This document shows positions 36,474 through 49,999 of a stretch of DNA of 64,000 bases, piece after piece (within the stretch, counting starts at the first letter, position 1; each line of letters begins with the position of its first letter). The position numbers and the translations under genes are program-made. The notes beneath the pieces were generated by a model. The model made no database searches. It was not told the DNA's origin and saw only the letters and a program-made list of their open reading frames with translations. Source of the DNA: Fistulifera solaris (taxonomy: Eukaryota); the NCBI GenBank assembly GCA_030295235.1, contig AP026134.1, positions 434,001-498,000 on the forward strand. Direction: 5' to 3'.

Positions 36474-37483
36474 TCATTGCATAGCACTGGTATCCGAGTC
36501 TGGTTGAACAGGTAAGTCTTTCATACTGTCCATTTCATCCAAGGCAGCCCGGATCCTCGCGACAGCCGCTTGATCGTTCTTTTCTATGGCTATACGAAGT
36601 GCCGCTTGTAGCTTGTTGATTTCAAACACGCGTTCCACAGCAATAGCAGGTCGTTGACTGGTCTGTTGCAGTTTGTTAGCACTTCGGTACATGGGAAATC
36701 GTTTTGAAGTGCTTCCAAAGAGAGAAAGGATGCTTCCAATTGTCGATTCACTTTCATCGATATCGGCGCCCGGTAACGCAGAGCCAATGCTATCGATATA
36801 AAGGCAAAAGATACTTGCGGACGAAAATCGTAACTGATTTTCTGTAAGGTTGAAACCGTCGGCTGCAGCGATATACGTCCCAGATGTTTCACCGAACACC
36901 GCCACGTAAACTGTTTGTGGTCTTCCAAAATGATTTCATCTACCGTCGCTACCGGCAACGATATACGTGATTGTCCCCATTCATGCAACTCTCCATACGT
37001 ATCTACACCATCGGGAAGCTTGTTGTGTACTATTTCTAATACTTCTTCCGCCACTGGAGCGTCGCACTGTCCGTCCTCACACGAAAGCACAATCACACGC
37101 GCCAAAATATCCGGAGGCAAGATGGCACCGGCCATGTCGACATTCGCAAGTAACTGTAAAATAGTCAATGCTTCCGGAGATGTCGCGGCACCCGTATCGG
37201 CAATGGTATCCGTGACACGGAGTGGATAATACGCATCTTCTCCAGCACGGAGCAACACCCAAAAGCCCGTTGCCGACACAGAAACGCCCGCCAAGGCAAC
37301 ACGCTGCAATCGCGTGAGTTCCATGTTGCCATTGTCATCGGCGTACCGTAGTGTCATTCTGGTTCGTTCCGCTTTCGTCGTGGAATGAGAGGGAGTGAGA
37401 AAGGCATGGCTCATGCTACTCAGCAGAATGACCAAAGCCAACAACTGTCGCCGGAAATGGGTGTGAAACGAAGTATAATACAT
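36474..37483 (-). CDS. Predicted plastid protein resembling bifunctional nuclease (DUF151)-like proteins, with a C-terminal UVR (UvrB/C) motif; frameshift near 36700
   Basis: Signal peptide + SHA-F; GVSVSATGFWVLL..SPEALTILQL; ISIALALRYRAPI; C-terminal LQAALRIAIEKNDQAAVARIRAALD. Confidence 0.55.
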
Positions 37484-38367
37484 TTTTACAAAGTTTTGAT
37501 TTGTGTACGATCAAAGGAAAGAGAATAATGTTTAACTTCTGATAACATTTGATGATGCTTGGTTCTCTTCTGCTTTCGAAGCTTTCGCAATGCGAAATTT
37601 GGCATGATCCTCGAATTCGAAGAAATAATAAAATGTGCCGAACGTCTCGGCAACCGCTGCCTTTGTGAGCCGAATTATACTATTCAAGACACAGTAGGCT
37701 GATCCTCTTCGACGACTCAACAGAATTTTTCAGTCACGATATTGGACGTCACCATTGTGTCAATACCATGAAACACGTCTAGAGCATCTTGAGCCCATGA
37801 AATCTAATTGCTTACTTGCTTGAATCAAGAGGGCGTCTGTGTTGTTGATACTGATGATGCTGTAAGGATGAATTGGGTCGAGTTGGTGTATCTTAGCAAT
37901 TACTTTTAAATACTCACTATCTATAGAACTAATTGTAGGTTCCCTTCGTAGAAGCGACCCGAACGACTTCGAGTCCCGACTATGGATGACGGAAAAGAAT
38001 CTACTCCGCAAGAAGTATCAAATCAACCTGACAAGGTCAAAACGCATATATGAAGCAGATCATTCACTCATAAATTGACGAAATGCCAGGCTCGACCTAC
38101 AGCATTTTATCTGCAAGTATCTTTACACAGATAGTCTATCACATTTATTGAAGATCACAAATTCAAGATCAATCTTTTCAACATTACCAACGCCTCAATG
38201 CAATTGTCGTTCGGGTAAAATTCAACAGCGCTGGCGGTGTTTCACGTGACTCGTTCATATTATGTACTGTATGTCTGATTTAGGTGAGTCAGTTGATGCA
38301 TGTACACGCGTGATGATCTTGTTGTTTTCATTCAGAGTTTTGCATTCGTCAAAATCAACTCGTCGGT

Positions 38368-39589
38368 CTAGTCAAGCCTTCTCCGTTTCGATGCTTGGAT
38401 GTTTGGATCGATGGATTCATTCATTTTGGTTGTCGATACTTTTGTCTCGCTTTCGTTCTCAGATTCATTTGCCGATGCGAGACCTCCCTGTAGTACGTGA
38501 AGTGCAATCAATTCCCCGTGGTGCAGGCTCTCAATAGAACCAGCACCGACGGAGTCATTGTCGGGTGCACCTTCTACGGCCGATGCTTCGTTGTTCTCGG
38601 TAGCCGACTGCTGTCTACGCCTTAACTGTTCTTGTAACTGTCGGTACCGGACTCGCAAACGCTCCAAAGTCAAGGTCACTTCCGCTTGCACGGTTTCTGG
38701 TTGCGCCAGAATGCGCTCCGCCTGTCGTCGCACAGAGAGCGGCATATTTGCCATCGACACATCTTCGACACGATGCTGCACATGGCTACCACTGCAAGTA
38801 CTGGTACCTTCATCTCCCAAACTTTTGAGTTCTCCATGAAGTTCCGGATCATCTTCCTGAATTTTCTGTAAACGAACAAAATACTTTTGCGCATGCGAGC
38901 GCACTTGCGCGGAGGACCGTGATGGAATCAAGGTGGCGACTTTCTTCCATTCGCGCCCGTGTATTTGCAAGCCTCGCAAAAATTCTCGGTGTTCCTCGGC
39001 GGTCCACCGTCCCGTGGACTCGTTTACCTTTTTCTTGATTTGGTTTTATTTGTTTTCGCGGATGCGGCGCGCTTGTGCTTTGGGTTGCTGGCTAACAAGA
39101 GAGTCGACTCGACCGGTACGGGCATTGGGAGACGACCTCTATTTGAATTGTGATCCTCCGAAACAAACTCTTCCCGTTGAAACTCGTGTTTGTCGGAATT
39201 ACCGACATCAGCACAAAGCGGATTGGATTTATTATTCTCTGGGAGCAACACGACCTGAAGCGTGACTTCAGCTGCAAGACTAGCTCCATTTGGTTCTTCG
39301 CTTTCCAGGGTTCTCTTCGGCAACACAGCGCGCGGTAACACGGAACTGTTGTCTGCCTTCGCCATATCGTTGCTTTCAAGTGTATTGCGCTCTTCGAAAC
39401 GTGGATGCGGATGATTTGATAGATCCAGACGATAGTTCAGAGGGGCAATGTCAGACGCAGAGCGGTCCAACTGAGGAGAATTGTTCGTTTCTGGAGAAGG
39501 AGGCAAGTTGTTCGTTTGACAACAAACTTCTTCTTCTTCCTCTTCTTTTTGTACTTGTCAATGCCTTCCGTGCTACTTTCCTCCTCCAT
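38368..39589 (-). CDS. MYB-related (1R, SHAQKYF class) transcription factor; frameshifts near 39030 and 39550
   Basis: STGRWTAEEHREFLRGLQIHGREWKKVATLIPSRSSAQVRSHAQKYF. The start is inferred (MEEESSTEG). Confidence 0.88.
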
Positions 39590-40516
39590 CCTAAATCATT
39601 CCCTTGTCACCACGCAAGTACGCAGGAAAATTGGTGTCTGGTGGTGGTGTGCGGAGTAATTCTTCTTTGTTGTTATTGCAAGGCACAGAGTGCCACGAAA
39701 GAGGCGATTGCTGACTACTACTACTTGATGCCGGTACACTTTTCTACGGACGAGTGGCGATCTTCCCACTTCGACATGACGGCCATCAATTTTTATTCTT
39801 TTCCGAAGTGGAAAATTAAGCGGTGTCTTCGAAAGTTCCTTGCGTCTGGCTGTTGCTGAGGAATTTCACGATCGCATCAGATCGCGGACGTGTCACCTGT
39901 GACACACAATACGTGATTCACAGTCTCGACATCAAACAAGACTCGCTCTCTGCGCATGGACAGACGACGAACCATTCTCTGTCATCACGGAAAACGAGGG
40001 ACACTTTTCCAAAACCATCGTTCGCTTGGTGCAACGTTGTTGGTGTTCCATTTGGCCAGATTGCGCCTTTTTATTGCTTTACAACTGTATTTGTCAATAA
40101 GAAGATAAGTAGCATTTGCGTCGCCATTGTAAACGCCGAAACAGCACGACGTGAAAAAAAGAAAGCGTGTGACGATTGATTGCTTGGAACGACGTGTGCT
40201 GCTGAGAGTAAGTACGAAAATGAGAGAACCCGGAAGTTGAAAAGATTTTGCGTGTGTCGCACAACTTCAATGCCCCCTCCTCGTCCATCAGCCGTCATCG
40301 GATTGCAGATTTTCTGCTTTTGCATCTTGCATCCTGGAGCCATACTTGATCAGGAAGACGACCCCATTCATGCGGTAGTTCTCCCGATTCTTCCGCCTTT
40401 ACTAACGCGCTGCTTTACCAGACTCGAAATCCTTATTCAATTAGCAGAGATTACTGGTTTACCATCGTGTTGTTGCTGAAGAAAGAAATCCAGATTTGTA
40501 TCCGCCCTTCTCGATT

Positions 40517-40861
40517 ATGCAGAACTCGTCGCAAGGCAAGCTAGATCAAGGCGCCGTGACGCTCTTTCCACCCTTGGATGAGGATCATGACGTGCTACCA
40601 GTTCAATTGGCGGAGCAATTTCATCGCATGAAGCGTCGATCGTTCGATACCAAAGACGAAGAAATGCGTGAGCTAGCGTTAGAAACAGCTGTTCTGGTGC
40701 ACAATGAAATACAACACATGAAAAATTCTATTGCTGAATTAGAGAACATGTTAAGACAACCAGCGGAGAGAGGCGACAGTGCCCTGAATGGATTCGACTT
40801 GGTATCCAGGGCCGGTAACGATGAAAGCGAAATTTTGATTGCGAAGCCAAAAGTCCCCTGA
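40517..40861 (+). CDS. Hypothetical small coiled-coil protein
   Basis: ATG ORF with a heptad-like segment (EIQHMKNSIAELENML); no family recognised. Confidence 0.5.
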   Translation: MQNSSQGKLDQGAVTLFPPLDEDHDVLPVQLAEQFHRMKRRSFDTKDEEMRELALETAVLVHNEIQHMKNSIAELENMLRQPAERGDSALNGFDLVSRAGNDESEILIAKPKVP

Positions 40862-41072
40862 AAAGTGCCCCTTCCTCAGAAGGTTCAACCGCGTAAAGTT
40901 AGGTAGGCTCAAGGAAAGAAATTTGTAAAATTTTGTATTATTTACAATTGATTCAATGTAGCGCCGAAAAGTGTTTCGACGCAATGAAACATAAAAGGCA
41001 TCGATAGTGACGAGCCAGCAACGGAGCACTGAACGACAGATTCTATGAACCGAGTATAGCATCGAGCCTTTC

Positions 41073-43426
41073 TTACACAAGCAACGCTGTTTTCTCTGAT
41101 ATACAAGCATCCGTATTAGTAACAGATGAGGCTCCGTCGTCAAGAATCGAGTCGTCTTTTTCGTCGTCGCTGACGCTCGCATCGTCCCCGCAAATCCGAA
41201 ATGGATTCAGTTCTTCACTGAGCTCTTTCAGTCCTTCTCGAACATATGAGAGGGTTTGCTTAGCTGCCCTTCCATCAAAGGAGGCAATTCGATCCTCAAT
41301 ACCAAGGATAGCTTCGTCGTCATCCGATTGTCCAGATATCGCTTTCTGTGCGTACGAAGCAAGCTCTGCTTCCATTGCATCTTCGTCTTTTGGTAGCCAT
41401 TTTATCAGAAAAAGCAACTGTATGGCGCTGATCATCCAGAAAAGAATGATCTAACAGAAAGGGTAAGGTGTTTTCATTCCCTTGTGACAGCCTTGGTAAA
41501 AACACAAGCTTGCTCGTACCGTTATGTTAAAAGCCGACTTTCGAGAGCAGCCGTGGAAAACGCTCAAGAGAGTTATACAGCTTGGCCCGATCCCCCGACC
41601 TAACGTTATAAGAAGATTTGCAGCTGTCAATGTGGCTCCTCTTGTCTCAGGTGGATTCACGTTGAGTAAACAAGGCCTCACACTGACAGCCGGTAATGAA
41701 GCAATCAAGCCGGAGCTAAAAGATAACAGCAGCCCTTGGGCGCTGCGTGCCCTGGTGAACTGACTATTGATAAACCCATAAAGAGGAATGATTCCAGCTG
41801 CCGTTGAAACGGCCATAAAAAGTGGAAGATACGACCGCTTGACAGAATGGATATTTTGACCGATGTACCCGCCCAAGATCCCTCCAACTCCACTACCCGC
41901 CGCGAAGACGAGGATCAAAAACGTTGCGTCCGGGACAGAAAATCCTCGTTCTTGCGATAAAAAATCATTCAAGAAAACGAAAATGATTCCCCACGGAAGA
42001 TTTGAAAAGAAGCCTTGCCACAGAAGAATCCAGTTTGAATTGTTGTGTCGAATAGAATGGACGAATCCAGACCAAGTCAATTTCCGATCGTACCGCTTGC
42101 CAGTCTTTTGAAACATGTCCTGCAGTATGGCCTCCTTCCCTCCACGAATGGGTTCTGACACCAAGCATCCACATAAAAGCGCACAAGCCAGCGAAAAGCA
42201 CGAAGATACCCAAAAACGTGTCGCCAACTATCTCCAAGGTTGCTTCCTGCATAGACCTGTCCAGCAAGAATACCTATGCCCATACAAGCCGTAAGTCCAG
42301 AACTAGCCGCGTTTCTCTCATGTGCTGAAAATAAATCGCCCAAGAAACTGAAAGCTACAGGAACACTGCCAGCCATGAATCCACCGGTGACGAGGCGAGC
42401 CGCTATAAACTGTCGATAAGACACTGCTGCCGCAGCACCCGCGGTAGCCATTCCGGTTCCAGCAACCGTGGCAACAAATAGGCGTTGCCTGTGTTTTGTG
42501 AGATCAACTGCAACACCAATGGCCGCGGCAATCGGGAATGAAAACACTCCAGTCGCCAGCGCGCAATAACTTCCAAGGTACAGATCGCGGTCGGCGGCAT
42601 CCGTCCAGCCAAAAGTAGAAGCTATCTCCGTCAAATTTGGAGCCATAATGTTGCTACTTGACCATACGGCACAAAATGCAAGACCGAGGAGAAGGGACTG
42701 GGCATGCCGCGTTTCGTGTGGCTTTCGTTTTTTTGAAACTCCTGCTTTCAATGAGTCCATGCCACCATTCTGATACGACATAGTTGATACTGGAGTTTCG
42801 AAAGAGTCTCTGGGCTCGGCCTCCTTCCTTTCGTATGAATGGGAACCTGCTCTTCTGCTCTTCTCTTCGGTTGAAAGATCTCGAGCTTGTTTCGAAAAAA
42901 TTTGAAGCCACTTCTTTCGGTTGCCACATCTTTCGTGGTCATCCTGTGATCTCGGCCAAGGCAAAGTACCCGAAACAGGAGAACCAGGGGGAGTTAGAGC
43001 AATCTGTACATCACTGGCATCTATCTGGTATAAGCAGCTTTCGGACCGTAGAATATCATAGGACTCCCTTTGTCGCCGCCCTTTCCTCTGTCGATCTCGT
43101 TCTAATACCGACATACCCGGAGAAAAGTCCGGCGATTGCGATTCCCAAAGCCCGGCACTTCGTCGCTGATCATGTAATGCTTGTTGAATTTCTTGCCCAA
43201 AAATGGATCGTCGTCTTTCCGGCGGTGGCACACTCAAGGGCGGAGAAGGAAAAGGCTCTGCATTGCGATTCGAAATAATGAGAGTGGCAGCATCCGACGT
43301 GGTGTGCGCTAGTGAATTCAGAGTATATGCTATAGATGAGTCTTCAGAATAGGAGCGAGCGTTTGCAGAAGCAGGCGTTTGCAGCGATTCTGGCGCCTTG
43401 CGAATGTTCAAAGATGTCGAAGTCAT
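41073..43426 (-). CDS. Major facilitator superfamily transporter (Spinster-like) with a long disordered N-terminus; frameshift near 42230, intron 41451-41519
   Basis: About 12 hydrophobic segments; NIMAPNLTEIA, ARLVTGG, FSFLGDLFSAHER, PWGIIFVFLNDFL and LLNVNPPETRG. Confidence 0.85.
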
Positions 43427-44224
43427 TGTAGTAAAGATAAGAATCGATATCAATACCGCGGTCACTTGACTTAGTGATCCTTCCTCAACAGGGGTCACTC
43501 GCAAATTCTCTTTCCATTCGATCTATTGTGTTTCACTCACTGAAATCAGTTATTACCTTAAAGACCTTAAGCTTGACTACTAGCAAGAATTTGTTTCGTT
43601 TTACCTTTTCATTAGACGAGTGCGTTGATCGTTGATCGTCCCGCGTTCATTCCGAACGTTTGCACGAAGGATCGAGATCGTGATGTGAATGCATTCGATA
43701 TCCCGTAATCCTATTGATCTAATGAACTTGCCCTCAACATTGTATTCTGTGTCTTAGCGGTCGAGAGGACGATCTTTGAAATTGACCCAAGTACCGGTAC
43801 AAGGTATATTACTACATAGGATGTCCGCAAGGCGTGATGAAAATGGACTCTAGGCTAAAAAGTAGGAATTCGAAAAGATGGCTGGTTCATCATTACAAAA
43901 ACTGTGACCGGCTCCCACTAAACACTATCAGAGCCCCTAAGCTAGTAATTTCTTCAGGACAAGAAATGGCTCCTTTTTCCTCTCTGGGCGTGAAATGAGG
44001 CATGAGCATGAGGCATGAGGCATTTGCCATCGAGTAAGTCTACGACCTGCATTGTAGTGAAGGGGCGGGGGAGTTGAGTGAAATAAAGGAAAATACGTCG
44101 CTTTGCAGGGGATAGAGCATTATCCAGACGTTCAGCAAGCGCCACGAAATCAATCGCTCATTCCACAATCAACGCCGTCTTCGAGTTTCAGGTCAATATC
44201 AGAGCAGTACAAAGCCCAGAGAGC

Positions 44225-44947
44225 ATGGGTGCACCCGGCAAAAAAGTCCGATTCCCTGATGATAATCAATTAGTATTACTGTTGAAAGAGGTGGAGAATC
44301 GAGAGGACTGGACTGAATCCGAGAGAGGGGCTCTCTTCTTTAGTAAACAGGACTACGCAAACTTTAGACGGTCAACGAAACTAGTCATACTTCACAGTGA
44401 GAAAAAAGGATACAGTGTTCATTTGAAAGACGCTTTTTCGGAGAAATCAGAAAATGCCCAAGAACACTTGAATCAGTGGTGTCTTCACGGTCACGAACAC
44501 CGTGGATTAGAACGTTTAACATGCAAGTCGCATGGCGAGCAACGACACGAAGAGCAATTCCGAGCGGTGATGGCTGTTTTACAAACACAAGATGAATTAT
44601 TAACCAAAGGCAAGGATGTAGACCCACAGAAGCTACGCAAAGTTTCCTACAAAGCGACAAGAGCTGCTCGGCACTTTGCACGTATGATAGCAAAAGCTGA
44701 CATGTATGCTGTTGAGAACGAAGCGCTCGTAGAACTCGACGACGAGTCAATTACAACAACAACTGTGACATCGGCCTCCTCGGTAGTAGTCACAGATGAT
44801 GAAATATCGCTCCCGCGCATCGATACTTTGCGAGATTCAATGCACGGACAAGGACAAGGGAAGCGATTCTACCGTTTTAACTTCATGAATCGAACACGGA
44901 ACAAGAGAAAAGAGGCAGTTCCGGTGTCCCCTCACAAGGACAGATAA
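44225..44947 (+). CDS. Diatom-type uncharacterised protein (KKVRF...FFSKQDY...RGLE...AVL family)
   Basis: 240-aa ORF sharing its motif order with 46447-48286. Confidence 0.75.
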   Translation: MGAPGKKVRFPDDNQLVLLLKEVENREDWTESERGALFFSKQDYANFRRSTKLVILHSEKKGYSVHLKDAFSEKSENAQEHLNQWCLHGHEHRGLERLTCKSHGEQRHEEQFRAVMAVLQTQDELLTKGKDVDPQKLRKVSYKATRAARHFARMIAKADMYAVENEALVELDDESITTTTVTSASSVVVTDDEISLPRIDTLRDSMHGQGQGKRFYRFNFMNRTRNKRKEAVPVSPHKDR

Positions 44948-46446
44948 TGCTAAACGCGATCGCATGTCATGGCTGACAAAGCTCATTTTCGTTTGTGGCA
45001 GCATGTACAAACACTGGAGAGCCATGTCACGAAAGGCGAAGATTCTTCAATTCATAAACTAAAGGGTATAGAAAGTTACGAATCAAACTTAACAACAAAT
45101 AGTTTTCCGTGACTTTGAATGAAGTCGCTAAGAACCGATGTCCATCTCACTTTGCGGAACGGATCAGCTGCAGACTGCGATGTAAGGATGGGCCGTTTCG
45201 ATTCAAAGTTTTAAAGCGTTTCATATTTGCTAGGGGGGAAGAAAGCAGGCAGTCTTTGCCCGTTAAGTATGCAAACGACTTCTTGTTCGGCTTTCCGTTC
45301 GTTAACCAGCAAGAATTTGAAACGCCAGTCGAGTTGACGTCGTCTCAGCAATTATATCGACTGTTACCAGGATGGAGTCTGCGTCGCAAAACGCCGATTG
45401 GCTTCATAGACCACAAGTACAAAGGAATGAATAGTCGTTCAGTTTCTTGTTAACATTTTGTGACCTTCCTTGCTCTCACGCTGGAGTGCAACGATAACTC
45501 TGAAAGTACGTTGTCAGGAATCGACGGCCTGCTATGCGGAAGAGGAGTTATTTCACGCGTAAAATCAAGCTACAGCAACACGAACGGAGTATGTCTTAAA
45601 ATTAGTTCTTTTCGAGTTGATTGAGCGTAAGGAATATGCTATTAAACACTTTTCAAGTCTCAACGATTAGACCTCTCTCTTGTCAGCTCTCTCATTCTTT
45701 TGCCATCGTTTCTTTCATGGGCATTAACTTTTGGCGATTGCTAAGAAATCATCTTGCTCCTAGCCAATAAAATTTGCGCTTTCGGCATTCTCATTGTCGT
45801 CGTCCAATCCTTTCCTTTCTGCACCTCGTTCACGGTTCACGGCGATTTTTTTGTCACGTAGGGAAAATTTGCAGCACTCAATGTTGCATAGCGCATGCTT
45901 TTCGCATCTGCTGTTCGGGGGGGCACTATCGCTGAAGTGTACCCTAACTTCTTTGTCTGGTTCTGCAAACCGAGCTCTTGTGTACCGAACTTCAGTTTCG
46001 GTCTACTCTGATAAGTGGCCTCACGAGCCACATCATTTCCTCCGTTTTTGTCCTTGAAACGGACGATCGAACACGTAGCACTAGCTCTCTACTCTAGAGA
46101 GCACTACCATGTACCATGTACCGTAGCACGTAGCACTGCCCACGTGAGTCTCGTTCCATTTTTCCGTTCGGTTCCCATTGTACTACGTGATCTTATACTG
46201 AAATGGAATTGGAGGTACTACGAATACGTTCCATCCTCCCGCACGCAACAACAGGACGACTTTCGGCGCAGTTTTTTTTTTAGTGCAAGTCCTCTTTCCT
46301 CTTTCCACAGAACGCAACGCGAAGACGTTTGTTTCTTATAAACAAGAAGCACGGTGAATCTACACTTTCCTTCAACACATGTTCAATCGACACTAGGCAG
46401 CATACGTCAAATCAGCAGACAATTGGTGACTCAATCTAAGTGAACG

Positions 46447-48286
46447 ATGTCGTTGGGTCTCCTTGCGAAAGATTCCATCCAGGACTTCACGTTGCTGCTG
46501 AAGGAGAAAGATGACACAGATTCAATCTGCGAAGATGGATCGACCCCTTTACGATCTTCCGACCTTGATGACTCTGTCGAGCATTTAGTTCCTACGGATC
46601 TTACAACGGATGACGGAGATTGCGAAACAGACGCAACGAACGCTTGTTCAGCAGCCCTTGAAGAAGGCTGCGAAAAAGCAAGAACAGCGGTCGCGAATCC
46701 CCAGCAGGCAAACGACGACAGCCGATCCGACTCTTCTGACATTACCCAGTACGCCGGCTTTGAGACAGCATATCATTTTGATAGTCAGAATGATTCGAGC
46801 AAACTGGAATATTACCCGGAGGCTACGTTTTCTGTGCAGCAACACAATGCATTCTTCCCGAACTTGATACGTTGCCTTTTTCCTTGGGTCTTTCGAGAAA
46901 GTGAGCAAGAGGCGGAAGACTTAAATAAATCTAGAGAAGAAAATGGCGAGTGTGAAGCGAAGACAGATGATCAGGATTATCAGAAGTCACAGGCAAACGG
47001 TTCACAGTTGAACAAAGGAAAAACAGAAGACGATGAACAATCTGCGAACAGCGATGCGCTAGGAGAGAAGCTCTCCCGGAAAGACCGACAGGCGGTCCTT
47101 GCTCGTTTAGGTCTGGCTGAACCAGGCACTGAAGCTAAAATTCTCAAAGAGAAGAAAGGTCTTCTGAATGGTATACCCACGTACGATACGTCTCCACTTA
47201 GATCCATTGAAGACTCACCAGAATCATCAGAGAGCAATGGAATCAAGGGTATTCTGAAGCGCGCCTCAACGAAAGATCTATCCAATGCAAAGAAAATAGA
47301 CTCGGATGCTTCCAGCATCACAAGCAAGAATACAGCAAAAAGGCGGAGTCTCTTTCCTCAGTATGATACCACCCGTAAAGAAGGCAAAAAGCCCCCCGTT
47401 ACGTTTGCACCAATGGCACGAGTCGTTACCGTGAAATCCAAGAACGAGATGACTCAAGAAGAAAAGGCGGACATCTGGTGGCAAAAGAGTGATTACGAAA
47501 ATTTCAGAAAAACGGGGCGAATGATCACCAAAGCCATTATGGAAGGCGGAAGCCAAATCTGGCTGTCTAGTCAGAATCCCAAGGGTTCCTCCGCCACAGA
47601 TTCTGGAGACACTCTTGGCCAAGAAGGAGACAAGTGGTGGCACAAGTTTGGTCATTCAAGAAGAGGTCTTGAGCACGTTGTATCACAGCAAGAAGGAAGA
47701 GAGCGCCAAATCAATGTCAGAAACGCGATTAGAGCCGTTGTCGAAGAACACGCCCGACAAAAAAGCATACAAGCGAGAAGATCCCGAGAAATTGCGAATA
47801 GTCGCGCTCAACTTGACGTCCTGGGCGCGTGATCTGGCACTGGCCGCCGGATCGTCAGACGCGGATGCAGTTTCATCGTCATTCTCTGCCGACCGGAAAT
47901 CACGTGAATTTTACTTACTAAAAATGACGCGCGACAAGCAAAAGCCAAGTGGCAGCATTCCTGGCTTCATGCAGCCTCATCACCCTGGTTCGCCTCCCCC
48001 AAATGCCGTTGTGTGTGCGTTGTCGGACGCTAGGCAACAGCAGCGTCTTGACGCAAATACATCAGCTCAGTTACGGTTTCGTCAGCAAAGACGTGTACCA
48101 TCGCTACCAACGTCAGAGGAGAAAGAGTCTACGGAACCAGTAAAAGAGCAAGGCTCTTCCCAAAAAGGCGAAAGTCTAGCTCATCGCGCAGCGGGATTCT
48201 TAGTGAACGGTGAGAAAGTAGATGCTTCGGGTGTTCTTGCTGGAATGGGTGTTCTGTCGAAAGAGCCTACGGCTGTGGCGACTTAA
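46447..48286 (+). CDS. Diatom-type uncharacterised protein (GILK...VTF...WWQKSDY...RGLE family) with an acidic N-terminus; frameshift near 47760
   Basis: Two long overlapping ORFs joined at the A-run near 47758-47764; motifs GILK, VTF, RRGLEH and LRIVALNLTSWARDLALAAG. Confidence 0.78.
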
Positions 48287-48543
48287 TCATGTCAAGAAGT
48301 CTCGCTTCTGACCTAAAGAAATGGAGCCCGGGGACTGTTTTGTCATTGAAAGAGACAAAAAATAGCTAGTTATTTTCGTTGACTCACCGATAAAAACCTC
48401 GCATCCCACCCGACTACTTAAAGAACAGAGACGCCAGTAGCTGGTTGACCATCTAAAGGAATATTAATAGCTATGTGTTATCTATCACCCATGCCAATAT
48501 CTAGTGTACCAATAATGTTACCATGGGGACTGGTGGCGTATAA

Positions 48544-49272
48544 CTAGTCATCTCGGAGATACACGCTAACGAATTTCTCGCCGTCCGGGCCAACCGCCTC
48601 CTCAATCCAAAAGTTCCCGTCGAAATACGCCGTTTGTACACAATTTGACCTCCCTTGAAGCAACCCGAAAAAGGAAACACCAACATTCTTGAAGCCGAAT
48701 ACATTGGTGGTAATCTTGTCGTAAACAAATGTAATAACTCCTCGTGCGTCCCCGGTCCACTTGCTGTGAGCCGTTATCGCCTCTAAGCCAAACGTTTTCT
48801 CGCTGAAACGTAGTGAATAGTCCATATTGGCTTCGTCCACAAAGTGCAAATACACAGTCGCATCTTTCGGAAGAGCCCCCAGCGTGGCTGCTTCCGTGCT
48901 GAACACGAGTCGCCACGAAGATCCCGGTAGTTGAGCTGCTACACTCGACAGTGCTATCGGTGAGGGTCGCTTGGCAACAATTTGGCGAGCGTAATTGGCA
49001 AAGGCGGCTCTGGTGAAAGGATCCAAGTCTTTGGAGCCAATTCCCTTGGCCTTTATTGCATTCAGTTGAGCACGTAGTTCTTGCAACTCGAATTCGCAGT
49101 TATCTTTGTATGGCTCTTTTCGAGCTGCAAGACTGGTAAGATACAGGGATTGTTGGAACCATCTAGTTGATGATGGCGCCATGGGAAAGCCAGATCTAGC
49201 ATAAAGGAATCCCGAGGCCGCCATATTCATAGAAAAGATAGCAAGGGGGAGTCGGATGAAGCTAGTTTTCAT
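48544..49272 (-). CDS. PAP/fibrillin-like plastid lipid-associated protein
   Basis: Signal-like N-terminus with ASG-F; LPGSSWRLVFSTE and TAYFDGNFWIE resemble the fibrillin lipocalin-like ends. Confidence 0.65.
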   Translation of the reverse strand: MKTSFIRLPLAIFSMNMAASGFLYARSGFPMAPSSTRWFQQSLYLTSLAARKEPYKDNCEFELQELRAQLNAIKAKGIGSKDLDPFTRAAFANYARQIVAKRPSPIALSSVAAQLPGSSWRLVFSTEAATLGALPKDATVYLHFVDEANMDYSLRFSEKTFGLEAITAHSKWTGDARGVITFVYDKITTNVFGFKNVGVSFFGLLQGRSNCVQTAYFDGNFWIEEAVGPDGEKFVSVYLRDD

Positions 49273-49999
49273 GTTGCTCCGTCACTTCGTAGTAGCTGTA
49301 TGTTTTATGACACAGGTAGCAGCCGCACTTTTATGATTGGCGTCTCTGAGGTGGGTAATACGGTGGCACAGAAACAACGTTTGCATTATTTGTTGATCAT
49401 GTCGACGCCGTTATTGAGTGAAAAAGTAATGCAATGAGTGTGTCTTGCGGATTACGTGCGTAACGTGGTCCTGATACCTGGTAGGTACGGTTCCGGTACC
49501 GTACCGGTACCTGGTACTGCGGTGAGCGGTGACCTATGTTCATGACTGAAAATAAGTCAAGAGTCATGCGAAAGGTCGCCTACACTTTTGACTAGAGTCC
49601 CACAATGAATCACACGCTTGTGAATACATTTCGACATTAATACTCAAATTGTGCCTTGTAAAAAAATGTAAATCAGAGTTGAATGTTGCAGCTCCCAAGG
49701 AAAACAAGGCGAAATGAATACCATCGCGGTAATGATAAACACAAAGGCGAGCAACAAAGATTCCTCCTAATGACTCATGACTGAGAGCCAGTCATGAAGA
49801 CTGCCCTCTTTATAACATAAACTAGGAAGGGTATGATTCAGAATGCCTTTCGACTACAATCACCGAATTTTCCCTTGAAAGTGGACCTAACGCGTGTGAA
49901 TTTCATAACACAAGTAATTAAGCAATAACTTCCGACCACGATCCCGTATTATTTATATCTCTATTTATATCATGTATGTCTCTTGCGAGTGAAGGTTTT

